From Candidatus Latescibacterota bacterium (GTDB lineage: Bacteria > Latescibacterota > CBDEFO01), in the NCBI GenBank assembly GCA_965248755.1, contig OZ252149.1:96001-160000 (forward strand): 64,000 bases of DNA. The letters are read 5' to 3'. Below are positions 29,974 to 40,884 of this stretch, piece after piece (position 1 is the first letter of the stretch; each line of letters starts with the position of its first letter). The position numbers and the translations under genes are program-made. The notes under the pieces were generated by a model. It ran no database searches and was not told the DNA's origin. It saw nothing but the letters and a program-made list of their open reading frames with translations.

Positions 29974-32453
29974 TTGATCGAAAAGCAATGCACACGGATA
30001 GGAATATATACGCGCAGGTGGTCTTGCCTCTGGCTTTAAAAGAAGAGCTCACCTACCTAGTCCCCGCGTCCTTAGAAGATAGAGCCAAAGTCGGCAGCCG
30101 TGTGGTCGTGCCCCTAGGTGAGCGAATAGTGACGGGGTTTATAGTTGGTATATCGGGCAGGTCCGATATGAGGAATCATGAGTACATACTGGAAGCTCCC
30201 GATAAGATACCCCTCTTTAATGAAGAGATGCTCAAGCTTACAAATTGGATCTCAGATTACTATCTCTGTTCGTGGGGAGACGTCTTGAAATCGGCTCTAC
30301 CCTCCGGGATACACAGCCAGAGTTGGCGAAAGCTCATGCTTTTAAGGGACATGTCGGATGAGGAAATCCAAGAGTGCAGGAAACGGTCTCCCAGGCAGGC
30401 TGATATATTGAAGGCAGCCTCTCAAAAGAACGAGATAAGTTTCCATCAATTGAGGAGGCTCCTTGGCAGTCCTGGTCTATATTCTGCAGCTTACGACCTG
30501 AAACGTAAGGGCTATGTGGAGATAAAACACAAGATTAGAGGACCCAGGGTTAAGATCAAAAGCGAAAAGGTGGTATCTCTGGTCGCAGGGGATGCGGAGA
30601 CGATAGAGGCACAGATTGCAGGTATAGAGCGCAGGGCTCCTAAGGGAGCAGAGTGTCTGCGCATATTATGGGAAAACGACGGGATAATGTCGTGGAGACA
30701 CCTAAGGAAAAAGGAGATAGGTACAGGGACGATAAAGAGTCTGAAAAAGAGTAACTTAGTAAAGATCCATCTTAAAGAGATCGTACGAGATCCGTTCGCC
30801 CATCTAAATGTGGAAGAACCTACAGACCTGAAGCTTACAGAAGCTCAAAGAGGTGCTCTGAGAGCGATCACGGATGCGATAGATAAGGGCGTATTTAAGG
30901 GCATCCTGATGCACGGGATAACGGACAGCGGCAAGACGCTTGTGTATATAGAGGCCATCAGCAGGATCGTCGAAAGGAGAGAAGGCGCCATCGTTTTGGT
31001 GCCGGAGATCTCACTGACCCCTCAGACTGTCAGGAGGTTCAAGTCTAATTTCGGGGATAAGGTAGCTGTCCTGCACAGCCATATGTCTGATGGAGAGAGA
31101 TACGATGCGTGGAGGAAGATAAAGGATGGCGAGCGTCCGATAGCTGTTGGAGCGCGCTCTGCGATATTTGCTCCCGTGAAAAAATTGGGTCTGATAGTGG
31201 TTGATGAGGAGCACGACTCGTCGTACAAGCAGGATACACTTCCGAGGTACAACGCCAGAGACGTGGCGTTGATGCGGGGCAAGATCGAAAACGCCGTGGT
31301 GGTCCTGGGATCGGCGACTCCCAGTTTAGAATCGTATCACAATAGCCAGAACGGGAAGCTCCTCCGTTTGGAACTGCCGGACAGGGTAGATAACAGGATA
31401 CTGCCGAAGGTGACGATTGTAGATATGAAGCAGGAGGCACAAGGTGGGAGCACCCCCATCTTTTCGGGGACTCTGATGGAGAAGATCTCCGGCGTCTTAG
31501 ATAGAGGTGAAAAGATCATACTCCTCCAGAACAGGAGGGGTTATTCCCCCTTCATACAGTGCCGTGAGTGCGGCTTCGTCTTCATGTGTAAAAGGTGCAG
31601 GGTTTCACTTACGTATCATTCCACCTCAAGCATAAAGTGCATACTATGCCACTATTGCGGGTTCACAAGCCGAGTCCCGACCACCTGCCCTGACTGTCTC
31701 GGATACAAGTTGAACTACAGGGGCGTGGGGACTCAGCGAGTGGAGGATGTCCTGAAAGGACACTTTCCGAACGCTCGGGTGCTGAGGATGGACATTGACA
31801 CGACCAGGTTCAAAGGCGCTCACGACACGATATTGGAGAGCTTCAGAAAGGGCGAGGCGGACGTTCTACTGGGAACGCAGATGATCTCTAAGGGGCTCGA
31901 CTTTCCGGCAGTTACGCTAGTGGGTGTCATCTCCGCCGATACGGCGCTGAATCTTCCGGACTTCAGATCCAGCGAAAGGACATTTCAACTTCTGACTCAG
32001 GTGGCGGGCAGAGCCGGAAGGGGCAACGTACCTGGCGAAGTGATAATTCAGACATATCAGCCTTCAAACCAAGCAATCTTGTGCGCCAAGGATCACAATT
32101 TCAAAGCGTTCTGGGGCATAGAGGCAAAGAATAGAGAGGAGTTGGGCTACCCTCCTTTCGGGAGGCTGATTAATATAGTATTTAAGGGGACGGATGAAGA
32201 CAAAGTCTGTTCGTTAGCAGAATCACACGCCTCTTTTCTGCGAGGGAGAATAGACGATCCTCCGATAGAGATCTTGGGCCCTGCGCAGGCCCCGCTCGGT
32301 AAGATCAAGGACAACTTCCGCTATCAGGTGGTCTTGAAATCATCGAGCGCAAGGGCGATACACAGGTTAGTCGAGGAAGCATCAAAGGAGATAGGAACAC
32401 TTAAGAGCGGAGTAAGTGTGAGTGTTGACGTTGACCCATTGAATATGTTGTGA
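29967..32453 (+). CDS. priA: Primosomal protein N' helicase
   Basis: GITDSGKT, VPEISLTPQ, DEEHD, CxxC Zn motifs, QVAGRAGR, terminal DVDP. Confidence 0.96.
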   Translation: MVIDRKAMHTDRNIYAQVVLPLALKEELTYLVPASLEDRAKVGSRVVVPLGERIVTGFIVGISGRSDMRNHEYILEAPDKIPLFNEEMLKLTNWISDYYLCSWGDVLKSALPSGIHSQSWRKLMLLRDMSDEEIQECRKRSPRQADILKAASQKNEISFHQLRRLLGSPGLYSAAYDLKRKGYVEIKHKIRGPRVKIKSEKVVSLVAGDAETIEAQIAGIERRAPKGAECLRILWENDGIMSWRHLRKKEIGTGTIKSLKKSNLVKIHLKEIVRDPFAHLNVEEPTDLKLTEAQRGALRAITDAIDKGVFKGILMHGITDSGKTLVYIEAISRIVERREGAIVLVPEISLTPQTVRRFKSNFGDKVAVLHSHMSDGERYDAWRKIKDGERPIAVGARSAIFAPVKKLGLIVVDEEHDSSYKQDTLPRYNARDVALMRGKIENAVVVLGSATPSLESYHNSQNGKLLRLELPDRVDNRILPKVTIVDMKQEAQGGSTPIFSGTLMEKISGVLDRGEKIILLQNRRGYSPFIQCRECGFVFMCKRCRVSLTYHSTSSIKCILCHYCGFTSRVPTTCPDCLGYKLNYRGVGTQRVEDVLKGHFPNARVLRMDIDTTRFKGAHDTILESFRKGEADVLLGTQMISKGLDFPAVTLVGVISADTALNLPDFRSSERTFQLLTQVAGRAGRGNVPGEVIIQTYQPSNQAILCAKDHNFKAFWGIEAKNREELGYPPFGRLINIVFKGTDEDKVCSLAESHASFLRGRIDDPPIEILGPAQAPLGKIKDNFRYQVVLKSSSARAIHRLVEEASKEIGTLKSGVSVSVDVDPLNML

Positions 32454-32521
32454 GCGACAAACTGCCTCCAACCTATGAATCTGCTTCGACCGTTTCAGCC
32501 GCTTTCCCCGAAGGCTATTAA

Positions 32522-32685
32522 CTTGGATTATTCATAAATTCTGATGGATCTCTGATAAGCTACTGTCAATACTGGACTTTTAATTTTTCCGTCTCATTTG
32601 AAAAACCAGCGGATTTGCCAGTCAACAAGCTATTGTATAACAGTAACTTATGTAACATTCAAGCCAAGTCTGTGAATAATCCGGG
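32522..32685. mobile_element. Shorter MITE with related TIRs but unrelated interior
   Basis: CTTGGATTATTCATAAA ... TCTGTGAATAATCCGGG, flanked by TTAA/CTAA. Confidence 0.65.
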
Positions 32686-32921
32686 CTAATTGGAAGATTT
32701 AAACACAAAGAAAGTGATAATTCAGAGGAAAATGCTATTTTGATTGAAAAAAGTACTTGTTGAAAAATGTAAAAGTGGTAATATTCATTCACAAACAAGA
32801 TTGTATCGAAATATAATCCCCCATGAATGTGATATGGGGAATGTCGGATAAATACAGTTATGTGCAATATTACTCGGTCGGAAAAGCAAGATTTATATAA
32901 TTCTCTTATTCAATCAGTATT

Positions 32922-33296
32922 ATGCAGAATGATTTAATTCATATATTCAATAGACTAAAAAAGCTATTGAAAAAATATGAAAATCCTTTGAAACCAAAAT
33001 TTGATCTAGATAGCAAATATGATCTTTGGTCATTTAAAGAAGTAGAAATTGCTGGTAGAAAAAGAAAAGAAGTATATTTTGCAGGATTGATAATCCAAAG
33101 CAACTATGTAGGTTTCTATTTCATGCCAATCTACGCTGAAACAAAACTCCAAGAAGTATTCGAGCCTGAATTAATAAAATTACTCAAAGGAAAATCTTGC
33201 TTTCACATCAAATCATTGGATAAGAAACTAGAGAAACAAATATCGCAAGCTATTAAAATCGGATATGACTTGTACAATAAAAGACGTTGGTTATAA
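32922..33296 (+). CDS. Hypothetical protein, DUF1801/YdhG-like, AT-rich
   Basis: YFAGLIIQSNYVGFYFMPIY...LKGKSCFHIK pattern; much more AT-rich than neighbours. Confidence 0.6.
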   Translation: MQNDLIHIFNRLKKLLKKYENPLKPKFDLDSKYDLWSFKEVEIAGRKRKEVYFAGLIIQSNYVGFYFMPIYAETKLQEVFEPELIKLLKGKSCFHIKSLDKKLEKQISQAIKIGYDLYNKRRWL

Positions 33297-33427
33297 TTCT
33301 TTGCCGACCTGCGTCATACTATGCCTACGCTTCGCTTCGGAATTTTTCTTGCAGAAAAAAACGTATAACAAGGGACACCGTCCTACAATCTACTTATTAA
33401 ATCATTATTTAAAGAAAAACATATAAT

Positions 33428-33526
33428 TTAGCAGTCTTTAGCTGCTTTTAACCTCCACATCTTTTGGAGGTTATGTGCTATACACGCTAAATTTAACTCA
33501 GTTTTCACCATTTTAAGACCTCTTAG
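33428..33526 (-). pseudogene. C-terminal remnant of an IS1182-like transposase
   Basis: Minus-strand reading LRGLKMVKTELNLACIAHNLQKMWRL resembles the LRGxxxVxxExxLxxxAHNL DDE C-terminus; cut off by MITE copy 2. Confidence 0.65.
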
Positions 33527-33802
33527 CCCGATTAATTCATAAACTTGGTGGAGTCAGTGCGAGGAGCAAAGCGGTCCCCGATTGAGTCTATCGGGGAAGG
33601 AATCTCAAGGTCTTATTGTGGTGTCCTATGAGAGCCGGAGAGTATTACATCTACCACGGGATCGAGATTGCTTCGCCTTCGGCTCGCAATGACACCAAAG
33701 GTGGTTAAACGGCATAACTATAATATAATAGAGTGCCTTAATAACTATAATATAATAGAATGCCTTAATTAATGCACGACCTTTTCTTGTGAATTATTCG
33801 GG
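33527..33802. mobile_element. MITE copy 2
   Basis: Same TIRs as copy 1, TTAG direct repeats (33523-33526, 33803-33806), internal 27-bp tandem duplication. Confidence 0.9.
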
Positions 33803-33970
33803 TTAGATGCCCCTTTCGCCATGACTGAAGCTTTGCACTAGTAAGGCCGCCGTGATGTGCCAAAGCCGACCCGGCGTAGACAGGGGGCGGAACTAATCCC
33901 CGATTGAATCTATCGGGGACAAGAGAGGGGAGGAAATGCCCCTGTCTACTTACTTTAGAAGGGAATATAT

Positions 33971-35149
33971 ATGCGGATTACACCATCGGATAGGGTTCAG
34001 TCAATTGGGCCGTACGCCTTTGCTGAAGTGGACAGAGAAGTCGAAAAGCTCAGAAGAGCCGGAATAGAACCCATAGACTTCGGCGTCGGAGACCCCACTA
34101 TCCCCACGCCCGAAATAGTCCGAAACGCCACAATAGAAGGGATAGAAAAGAGAAAAAGCTCTGGCTATCCGAGCTACATAGGCGCCCGCAAGTACAGAGA
34201 GGCGGTAGCCGAATGGACAGAGAGGAGATTCGGAGTCCGGCTTGACCCCGAGACGGAGATAGCCTCCACAATCGGAAGCAAAGAGGCGGTCTTCAACTTC
34301 TCAGAGGGCTTCGTGAACCCCGGTGACTACGTGATAGTCCCAACACCCGGATATCCTCCATTAGCAAGGGGAGTCCTCTTTTCAGAGGGAAGATCCTACT
34401 TCGTCCCTCTCCTCAAAGAGAACGGCTTTATGCCCGACCTCGGCTCTATCCCCCAGGAAGTCCTGGGTAGAGCCAAGATCATGTGGATAAACTACCCCAA
34501 CAGTCCATCGGGTGCGATAGCCCCCAAGGATTTCCTCGAAAAGATAGTCGAGTTCGGGCACAGACACAATATCATCATCGCCTCGGACGAAGCTTATATT
34601 GAACTCTATTTCGACGAAAAACCGCACAGCATCCTTGAGATAACAAAAGAGGGAGTCGCAGCTTTTCATTCCCTTTCAAAGAGGAGCGCGATGACCTGCT
34701 ACAGGATAGGATGGGTGGCAGGCGACAGAAGGGTAATAGATGTCTTCAAGAAGGTCAAGACCAATATAGACTCAGGCACCCCTACGTTCGTACAGGACGG
34801 GGCAATAGCCGCACTCTGGGACGAAGAGCACGTCGAAGGGATGCGGAAGGACTACAGGACGAAAAGAGACATAATGGTGGAATCGCTTGTAGATGCGGGA
34901 CTACCCAACTGCTCGCCGCAGGCGACTATCTACATCTGGCAAGAAATCCCTGAAGGTGTGACGTCGGTCGAATTTGCCACAACGATGCTCTCTCCCGAAG
35001 TTGCGATAGTCACAACGCCCGGCTCCTGGATAAGCGATTCCACAGAGGACGGACTCAACCCCGGCGACCGATATGTCAGATTTGCCCTCGTTCCGAGCGT
35101 AGAAAAGACGGTGGAAGCTGCAGGAAAGATAAGGAATCTGATGCTTTAG
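33971..35149 (+). CDS. dapL: PLP-dependent class I/II aminotransferase, LL-diaminopimelate aminotransferase-like
   Basis: DFGVGDP, IGSKEA, NYPNSPSG, DEAY, FHSLSKR, KTNIDSG motifs. Confidence 0.75.
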   Translation: MRITPSDRVQSIGPYAFAEVDREVEKLRRAGIEPIDFGVGDPTIPTPEIVRNATIEGIEKRKSSGYPSYIGARKYREAVAEWTERRFGVRLDPETEIASTIGSKEAVFNFSEGFVNPGDYVIVPTPGYPPLARGVLFSEGRSYFVPLLKENGFMPDLGSIPQEVLGRAKIMWINYPNSPSGAIAPKDFLEKIVEFGHRHNIIIASDEAYIELYFDEKPHSILEITKEGVAAFHSLSKRSAMTCYRIGWVAGDRRVIDVFKKVKTNIDSGTPTFVQDGAIAALWDEEHVEGMRKDYRTKRDIMVESLVDAGLPNCSPQATIYIWQEIPEGVTSVEFATTMLSPEVAIVTTPGSWISDSTEDGLNPGDRYVRFALVPSVEKTVEAAGKIRNLML

Positions 35150-35237
35150 GCTGGACACAGAGACAAACAGGTCGTTCTGTCCGAATTATTGGGATTGATC
35201 CAGACTACTCTTTGGACTCTGAATCTTCTCCTTGACC

Positions 35238-36452
35238 TTAAACAGATCCGAGGTCTGAGCCAAGAGACTCTTTATCCGTATCAGTCCCTATTACCTCCGT
35301 CTCTTGCGATATACGCATGTTTCTGTCTTTATCCGATTCATCTATGAGGTGTACCGTGCGGGTGGGGAAGGCGATAGAAAGTCCCATTTCCTCCAGTGCG
35401 TCCATTATTTTGAGGTTGACATCCTCTCGGATGCGCAAGTAGTCCGCCCAGGCTATGCTCTTTGTAAAGTAGTAGACCATAATTTCCAAGGAATGGTCGC
35501 CGAAGTCGGTGAAGTAGACAAGAAGAAAGAATTCTTTGCTTACTTCAGAATGTTCCTTCAAAATATCTTCGATCCGTTTGACGGCCTCTCGCATCTCATC
35601 GGCTTTGGTGTCGTAGGTTACGCCTACGGTGATCCAGACGCGGCGTCCGCCGCGACGGGAAATGTTGTCGGTAACAAAGTCCGCCAAACGACTGTTTGGG
35701 ACGGTAATTAAGGTCTGTTCAAAGGTGCGGATGCGAGTGCTCCGAAAACCTATTCGTTCAACGGTCCCCTCGATACCGCTGTCCGGAGATTTGATCCAGT
35801 CGCCTACCACGAAGGGGCGGTCGATAAGGAGCATAATAGATCCGAAAAAATCGGAAAGTGTCTTCTGCGCTGCCAGAGCCACAGCCAAACCTCCGACTCC
35901 GAGAGTAGCGATAAGACCAGATATTGAGTAGCCCATATTCTGGATGATCATAAGGAAAACCAATATACCAATAAGTACTTTTGCCGCCTGACCGATGAGG
36001 GGGGCCAGTTGATCGGCCAGGGGTGACTCAACCCTTTCCGCCCAGCCTTGTAGCCAATAGGTAAGGACATTGACAAGCCTTAGCGTAAGCCAGGCCAGGA
36101 GAACCAAAAAGAGGACGGAAAAGAGAGTGCCAGTCCACTCGAGAACTTGCGGTGAAGGCTTAAAGCTCTGTATGGCAAGATAAATGCCAACCAGGACGAT
36201 GCCCGCATCTAACGGCCTTCGCAGCGCTTTGATCACTAGGTCATCTATGTCCGTATCAGTTAGCTGGGTAAGGCGCAAGACATAGTGGCTGAGGAGGTAT
36301 AAGGAAAGCGTGCGCACCGCCAGAGCCCCGAGGATGATGCCGAAGGCGATTCCAAATCGGTAGAGTGTGGTCTGACTCCATATCTGATCAAAGAACGTGT
36401 GGAGGTTTTCCATAAAAGCATACACCTCTTTGTTGCATAGAGCATATTCCAA
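35238..36452 (-). CDS. Small-conductance mechanosensitive channel (MscS family)
   Basis: LGVGGLAVALAAQ, DRPFVVGDWI, GFRSTRIRT, VPNS, IAFPTRT motifs. Confidence 0.92.
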   Translation of the reverse strand: MEYALCNKEVYAFMENLHTFFDQIWSQTTLYRFGIAFGIILGALAVRTLSLYLLSHYVLRLTQLTDTDIDDLVIKALRRPLDAGIVLVGIYLAIQSFKPSPQVLEWTGTLFSVLFLVLLAWLTLRLVNVLTYWLQGWAERVESPLADQLAPLIGQAAKVLIGILVFLMIIQNMGYSISGLIATLGVGGLAVALAAQKTLSDFFGSIMLLIDRPFVVGDWIKSPDSGIEGTVERIGFRSTRIRTFEQTLITVPNSRLADFVTDNISRRGGRRVWITVGVTYDTKADEMREAVKRIEDILKEHSEVSKEFFLLVYFTDFGDHSLEIMVYYFTKSIAWADYLRIREDVNLKIMDALEEMGLSIAFPTRTVHLIDESDKDRNMRISQETEVIGTDTDKESLGSDLGSV

Positions 36453-36896
36453 GGACTTGGGCCATTGTATCTGAGTTCATTACACTCTGGCTTAAAGGAT
36501 CGGCTCTTAAATAGCAACTCTTACGTTGATATCAGCGGCTTGTAGAAGGTTACCTGATTCCGTACGGTGTGCCCATCTTTCCACATTTTACACCACAAGC
36601 TCCGCGTCGTCACCGTATCGACCAACAACTTGTGCTAAAGTTACTCCTCCGCTGAACAGAGCCACTCGGTGTGATGCTGCGCAGTGTAGTCTTGAAGGTC
36701 GGTGTCCTTTACCTCCGAATGCGACACAACCCGGAACTGGTCTATCGTGCTGCCTCCTTAATCGCACAGTTCCTCATTTGGAGTTTAGCCAAATTTCCGG
36801 GGGCATGTTTGAGCGTGTGCAAGCGGCGCATGCTATCGTTCTTGCCGAGAAGTCTCCATCTGTCACAGCATACATTTGGAACCTGCAGATCCGTAT

Positions 36897-38060
36897 CTAC
36901 ATAGCCCTCCTGAAAAGAGCAATTATATCGTCGAGAGTGGTCTTTCTGGGATTTATCGACACGTTTCGACTCCCCATAGCGTCCTCGGCCATTTGAGGTA
37001 TCCTATCTTCTTCTATCCCCAGCTGAGCCAGATTATCCGGTATCCCCACTTCCAAGGACAGCGTCCTTACAGCCTCAACGGACGCCTCCGCGGCGGCCAT
37101 ATCATCTAATCCGTCTGTCCAGACGCCCATAGAGGCGGCTATTTCCGCGAACCTGGAAGGACATGCTATAAGGTTGTACTCCATAACATGCGGCAACAAA
37201 ACAGAGTTAGCCTGCCCGTGAGGGCAGTCGAAGTGCCCTCCCAGTGGGTGCGACATAGCGTGCACATTCCCCAAACCAGTCTGGGAGAACGCCATCCCGG
37301 ACATAGTGCTCCCTGTGAGCATGTTCTCTGTCGCCTCGATGTTCTTATCGCTGGACACAGCCTGTCTAATGTTCTCTGAGATGATCCTTATCGCCTCCAG
37401 GGCCAAAGCCCCGGAGATCGGACTTGAATTCCAGTTCACATAAGATTCCACTGCGTGTGTCAGGGCGTCCATGCCCGTCGCAGCGCCGACATCCATAGGG
37501 AGTTCCACTGAAAGCTCAGGGTCGATCAGTGCCACTTTTGGAATAATATGCGGGCTCGTCACAACTGGTTTTGTGTGCTTCTCCTGGTCCGTCACGACAG
37601 CAAAAGGAGTCACCTCGCTGGCCGTGCCGTAGGTGGTGGGAACGCACACCAAGAAAGGAATATCTACCCCTACCTTCTCCTTAACACCCACGTAGTCCAG
37701 TATATTACCGCCCTTCACTGCTAAGATTCCTACGAGCTTCGCAACATCCATCGAACTCCCACCGCCCAAACCTATAATAAAGCTGCATCCCGTGCTTTTG
37801 AATCTCTCACAGGCAGCATGCACGTTCTGGGTGGGAGGATTGGGCTCAACCTCGTCGAACAGCTCGTAAGCGATGGAAGACTCGTCCAATATTCGGGTAA
37901 CTTTCTCCACGATCCCGGCCTCAACCAAACCCCTATCCGTTACGACTAATCCTGTATCCTCGGTGTGGTTTCTCAACTCATTCGGAAGTCTGGCTACAAC
38001 TCCCTTTCCCAGGGTGATACGTGTAGGGGAATAGAATCTGAAAGTATCGCTAAATGCCAT
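36897..38060 (-). CDS. Iron-containing alcohol dehydrogenase
   Basis: GLGGGSSMD, PTTYGTASE, DALTHAVE, HAMSH, HG motifs. Confidence 0.93.
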   Translation of the reverse strand: MAFSDTFRFYSPTRITLGKGVVARLPNELRNHTEDTGLVVTDRGLVEAGIVEKVTRILDESSIAYELFDEVEPNPPTQNVHAACERFKSTGCSFIIGLGGGSSMDVAKLVGILAVKGGNILDYVGVKEKVGVDIPFLVCVPTTYGTASEVTPFAVVTDQEKHTKPVVTSPHIIPKVALIDPELSVELPMDVGAATGMDALTHAVESYVNWNSSPISGALALEAIRIISENIRQAVSSDKNIEATENMLTGSTMSGMAFSQTGLGNVHAMSHPLGGHFDCPHGQANSVLLPHVMEYNLIACPSRFAEIAASMGVWTDGLDDMAAAEASVEAVRTLSLEVGIPDNLAQLGIEEDRIPQMAEDAMGSRNVSINPRKTTLDDIIALFRRAM

Positions 38061-38208
38061 ATACTTCGCCTCCTTCGAAGTTCAGTTTTGCTCGGATTTT
38101 TCCCCAGGAGTTCTTCAATATTTTTGTGGTCCATTATACTTTTGATCGCTTTAGAAGCCTTTGTACTTTGAATACCCCCACAACACCAATCACAGTTATC
38201 TACGACGA

Positions 38209-38595
38209 TCACAGATCTTCTATCGGCTGTCGTCCGGAGAACCCGCTGTCCATCTCGTGCCAGAACTTTATCTCTTTTTCACCCCTCTTCCAGCAGAGCC
38301 AGATCTGCCGCCCATCCTTCAAGGCGGGGAAATCCAGCAGCCCCACATCGATGTTCTTCAGAACACATCCGATATCGTGGAGCTTCTGCACAGTCTCGTT
38401 AAATTTGAATTGAGCGGCCACAACAGGGGCGCCCTTCTTATTCCCGCCGTTGCCTGCGATCTTATCCTCTATGTCGCCTAACGCCTGCCTTGTTGATTCC
38501 AATTCCTCCTGTCTTAAATCCAGTTGCTTCAGCCAGTCTTCGACTTGAGGCAGGAGTCTATTGGCCTCTTCCACAGTGAAATTTTTTATGTTCAT
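38209..38595 (-). CDS. DUF2203 family protein
   Basis: FTVEEANRLLP ... GLLDFP ... WLCWKRGE ... WHEMDSGFSGRQP signature. Confidence 0.85.
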   Translation of the reverse strand: MNIKNFTVEEANRLLPQVEDWLKQLDLRQEELESTRQALGDIEDKIAGNGGNKKGAPVVAAQFKFNETVQKLHDIGCVLKNIDVGLLDFPALKDGRQIWLCWKRGEKEIKFWHEMDSGFSGRQPIEDL

Positions 38596-39039
38596 ATCCT
38601 CTACATCCTGTAGGATTACCGAACTACGCCTTTACAAGCTAAGTCTAAGAACACATGATAATATAAAACCGCGCTATATTCAAGCGCATTCTTTAAACCA
38701 TAAGTCGTTTGCAATATCCCAATGATTTAGGACATCTTCTTGTGCCTCGCTGTTGGCCTCGTGCTCGATAGATGTATATCCCCTTTTCTTCAACGTTGGA
38801 TTTTTGCTAACTTGATATTACTATCAAAAGGAAAAGATGTCAACAGATTTATCAATAAAGCATCACTACTGAATAATATGTAGAGTTCATATCCGTGAAC
38901 AGGTGGGGAAAAGGCTTGTTTTAGCATAATAAGATGTCTATTATTGAAATCACATCTGCCTTTATGATCGTTTGGGAGAGGACAATTCACAATGAGTCGT
39001 GCAGATTTCATATCTAATCTGCGGCGACAATGCTGTGAA

Positions 39040-39790
39040 CGTACTTATCTTATGTTGAAGCGGATGTTTGGGTCCTCAAGTTGTGAAAACCTTGAGCCGT
39101 ATCACAATCTGATGATTACTGACATAAGACCTATAGGTACGAAACACGAGTTTCTCATTGCGGATGTATCCTCTACAGATCAGGCTATGAGGGCGGCAGA
39201 TGGGATGGACGCGAGCATTAAGTGCTCTGTCTTCCGTGATCACAGGAAGACAGCCGGCGATGTGAAAGATCTTATGTTTTATAACACGATGACGGCGGCA
39301 ATAGAGCAAAATATCGTAAGGGCCATAGGCACCGGTTTGTGTTTAGCAAGTGCCGGACCTACTTACAGAAATTACGACTTTATGATAAATGAGGGGACCT
39401 CACCTCATGCGGGGATGGATCTATACCTGTTGACCAAGTCTGTAGGTCCGGAGATATGCCCGGAGACATGCAACGTATTTACGCAGAATTGCGATATATA
39501 TATGACGCACTTCTTGTTCTCCAATTTCCGAGATCCGGACGATCCCGGTTTAAAGCCGGCGACAGATTTAGCTCCCTGTAAAGTGTCCTGAAGGGACGCG
39601 GGAGAGGCGTTCTGTCCGGGACTTGAGATCGACTGGAACGATCTTCCATCTAAGAACGAGGCAGTTTATATATGCACCGCCATGGCCCACAATCAATTTT
39701 TCAACTCGAAGGCAAAAAGGATACTCGCCTTTCCCCCAAAGATAGATTTGAAAAGTTGTGGCATAAGGCAAAACAAGACGCGGGAGAAAT
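39040..39790 (+). pseudogene. Decayed paralog of the NAD-dependent epimerase at 40885..41634
   Basis: Collinear with 40885 (LEPYHNL, DVSSTDQ, TKSVG, NFRDP) but Rossmann start lost and TGG changed to TGA at 39589-39591. Confidence 0.85.
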
Positions 39791-39801
39791 GGAAAAAGGG
39801 C

Positions 39802-39830
39802 TTGACTTTGCTTAATAATATATCTATAAT
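39802..39830 (+). promoter_or_regulatory. Putative sigma70 promoter
   Basis: TTGACT-17 bp-TATAAT. Confidence 0.7.
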
Positions 39831-39900
39831 AGCAGAAATAGCAGAAGCAGCTGCTTTTCTCATAATCTGCAAGAACGCAATTGACAATTAGGTGTGCTAA

Positions 39901-40148
39901 CCCGATTAATTCATAAACTTGGTGGAGTCATTGCGAGGAGCAAAGCGACGAAACAATCTCAAGGTTTTATAGTGGTCTCCTATGAGAGCCGGAGAGTATT
40001 ACATCTACCACAAAATCGAGATTGCTTGGCCTTCGGCTCGCAATGACACCGAACGTGGTTAAACGGCATAACTATAATCTAATACAATCCCTTAATTAAT
40101 ACACGGCCCCTTAATTAATACACGGCCTTTTTTTGTGAATTATTCGGG
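39901..40148. mobile_element. MITE copy 3 (lacks the internal palindrome insert)
   Basis: Same TIRs, CTAA direct repeats (39897-39900, 40149-40152), internal 19-bp tandem duplication. Confidence 0.9.
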
Positions 40149-40182
40149 CTAATACCATTAAGTAACTTGTGGGGATGATGCT

Positions 40183-40881
40183 ATGAACGTCCTTATTACG
40201 GGGGGAGCGGGAAATCTATCTCAGGATTTAGCTGCATACCTTAGCAAAGACCATCAAATCCGATTGACCGATATAGTAGATGTCCAGACCGATTTTGAGT
40301 TTGTCAAAAGCGATCTGGGCCACGATGAAAAGACAAACGAGTTGGTGAGAGGAATGGACGCCATTGTACATATGGCAGAACTTCCTCCTAGTGCTTCTGA
40401 CGATTCGGAGAGGACAAAGATAGACTTTCTCACCAGATGCACCTACAATCTGCTGTGGGCGGCGGTGGAGGAAGGGGTCAAAAAAGCGATCTACACAAGC
40501 ACTCTCACGCTGTTCGATAAGTACGATGAGGACGTAACTGTAAATGAGAACTGGAAGCCGCTTCCGTCCACAGATCCATACATTCTGGGGAAGCATCTGA
40601 GCGAGTTTATCTGCAAGGAATTCGCCAGGACGCCAGACATTGACATTATATGTCTGAGATTGGGGAAAGTCGTGCGAGAAGCTGATGTCAAAGGCAAACC
40701 CTTCGATTCCACGTGGGTCGAGGTAAGGGATGCGGTTCATGCCTTTGACTGCGCTTTGCATGCTGATCTTTCGGAGTGGTCGGTCTTTCACATCCAGACT
40801 GAATCGCCCAGTTCCCGCTTCACAGTCGCCAGAGCTAAAGGTTCTATAGGCTACAATCCTAAGTTCAACTTCGAGGGATAG
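40183..40881 (+). CDS. NAD-dependent epimerase/dehydratase family (uronate dehydrogenase-like), type A
   Basis: ITGGAGNL, DAIVHMA, YILGK, CLRLG motifs. Confidence 0.85.
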   Translation: MNVLITGGAGNLSQDLAAYLSKDHQIRLTDIVDVQTDFEFVKSDLGHDEKTNELVRGMDAIVHMAELPPSASDDSERTKIDFLTRCTYNLLWAAVEEGVKKAIYTSTLTLFDKYDEDVTVNENWKPLPSTDPYILGKHLSEFICKEFARTPDIDIICLRLGKVVREADVKGKPFDSTWVEVRDAVHAFDCALHADLSEWSVFHIQTESPSSRFTVARAKGSIGYNPKFNFEG

Positions 40882-40884
40882 ACT

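Noticed and set aside
36526..36996. 156-aa ORF between mscS and the alcohol dehydrogenase
   Set aside because: No RBS or motif and it overlaps the ADH antisense; I could not assign this interval.
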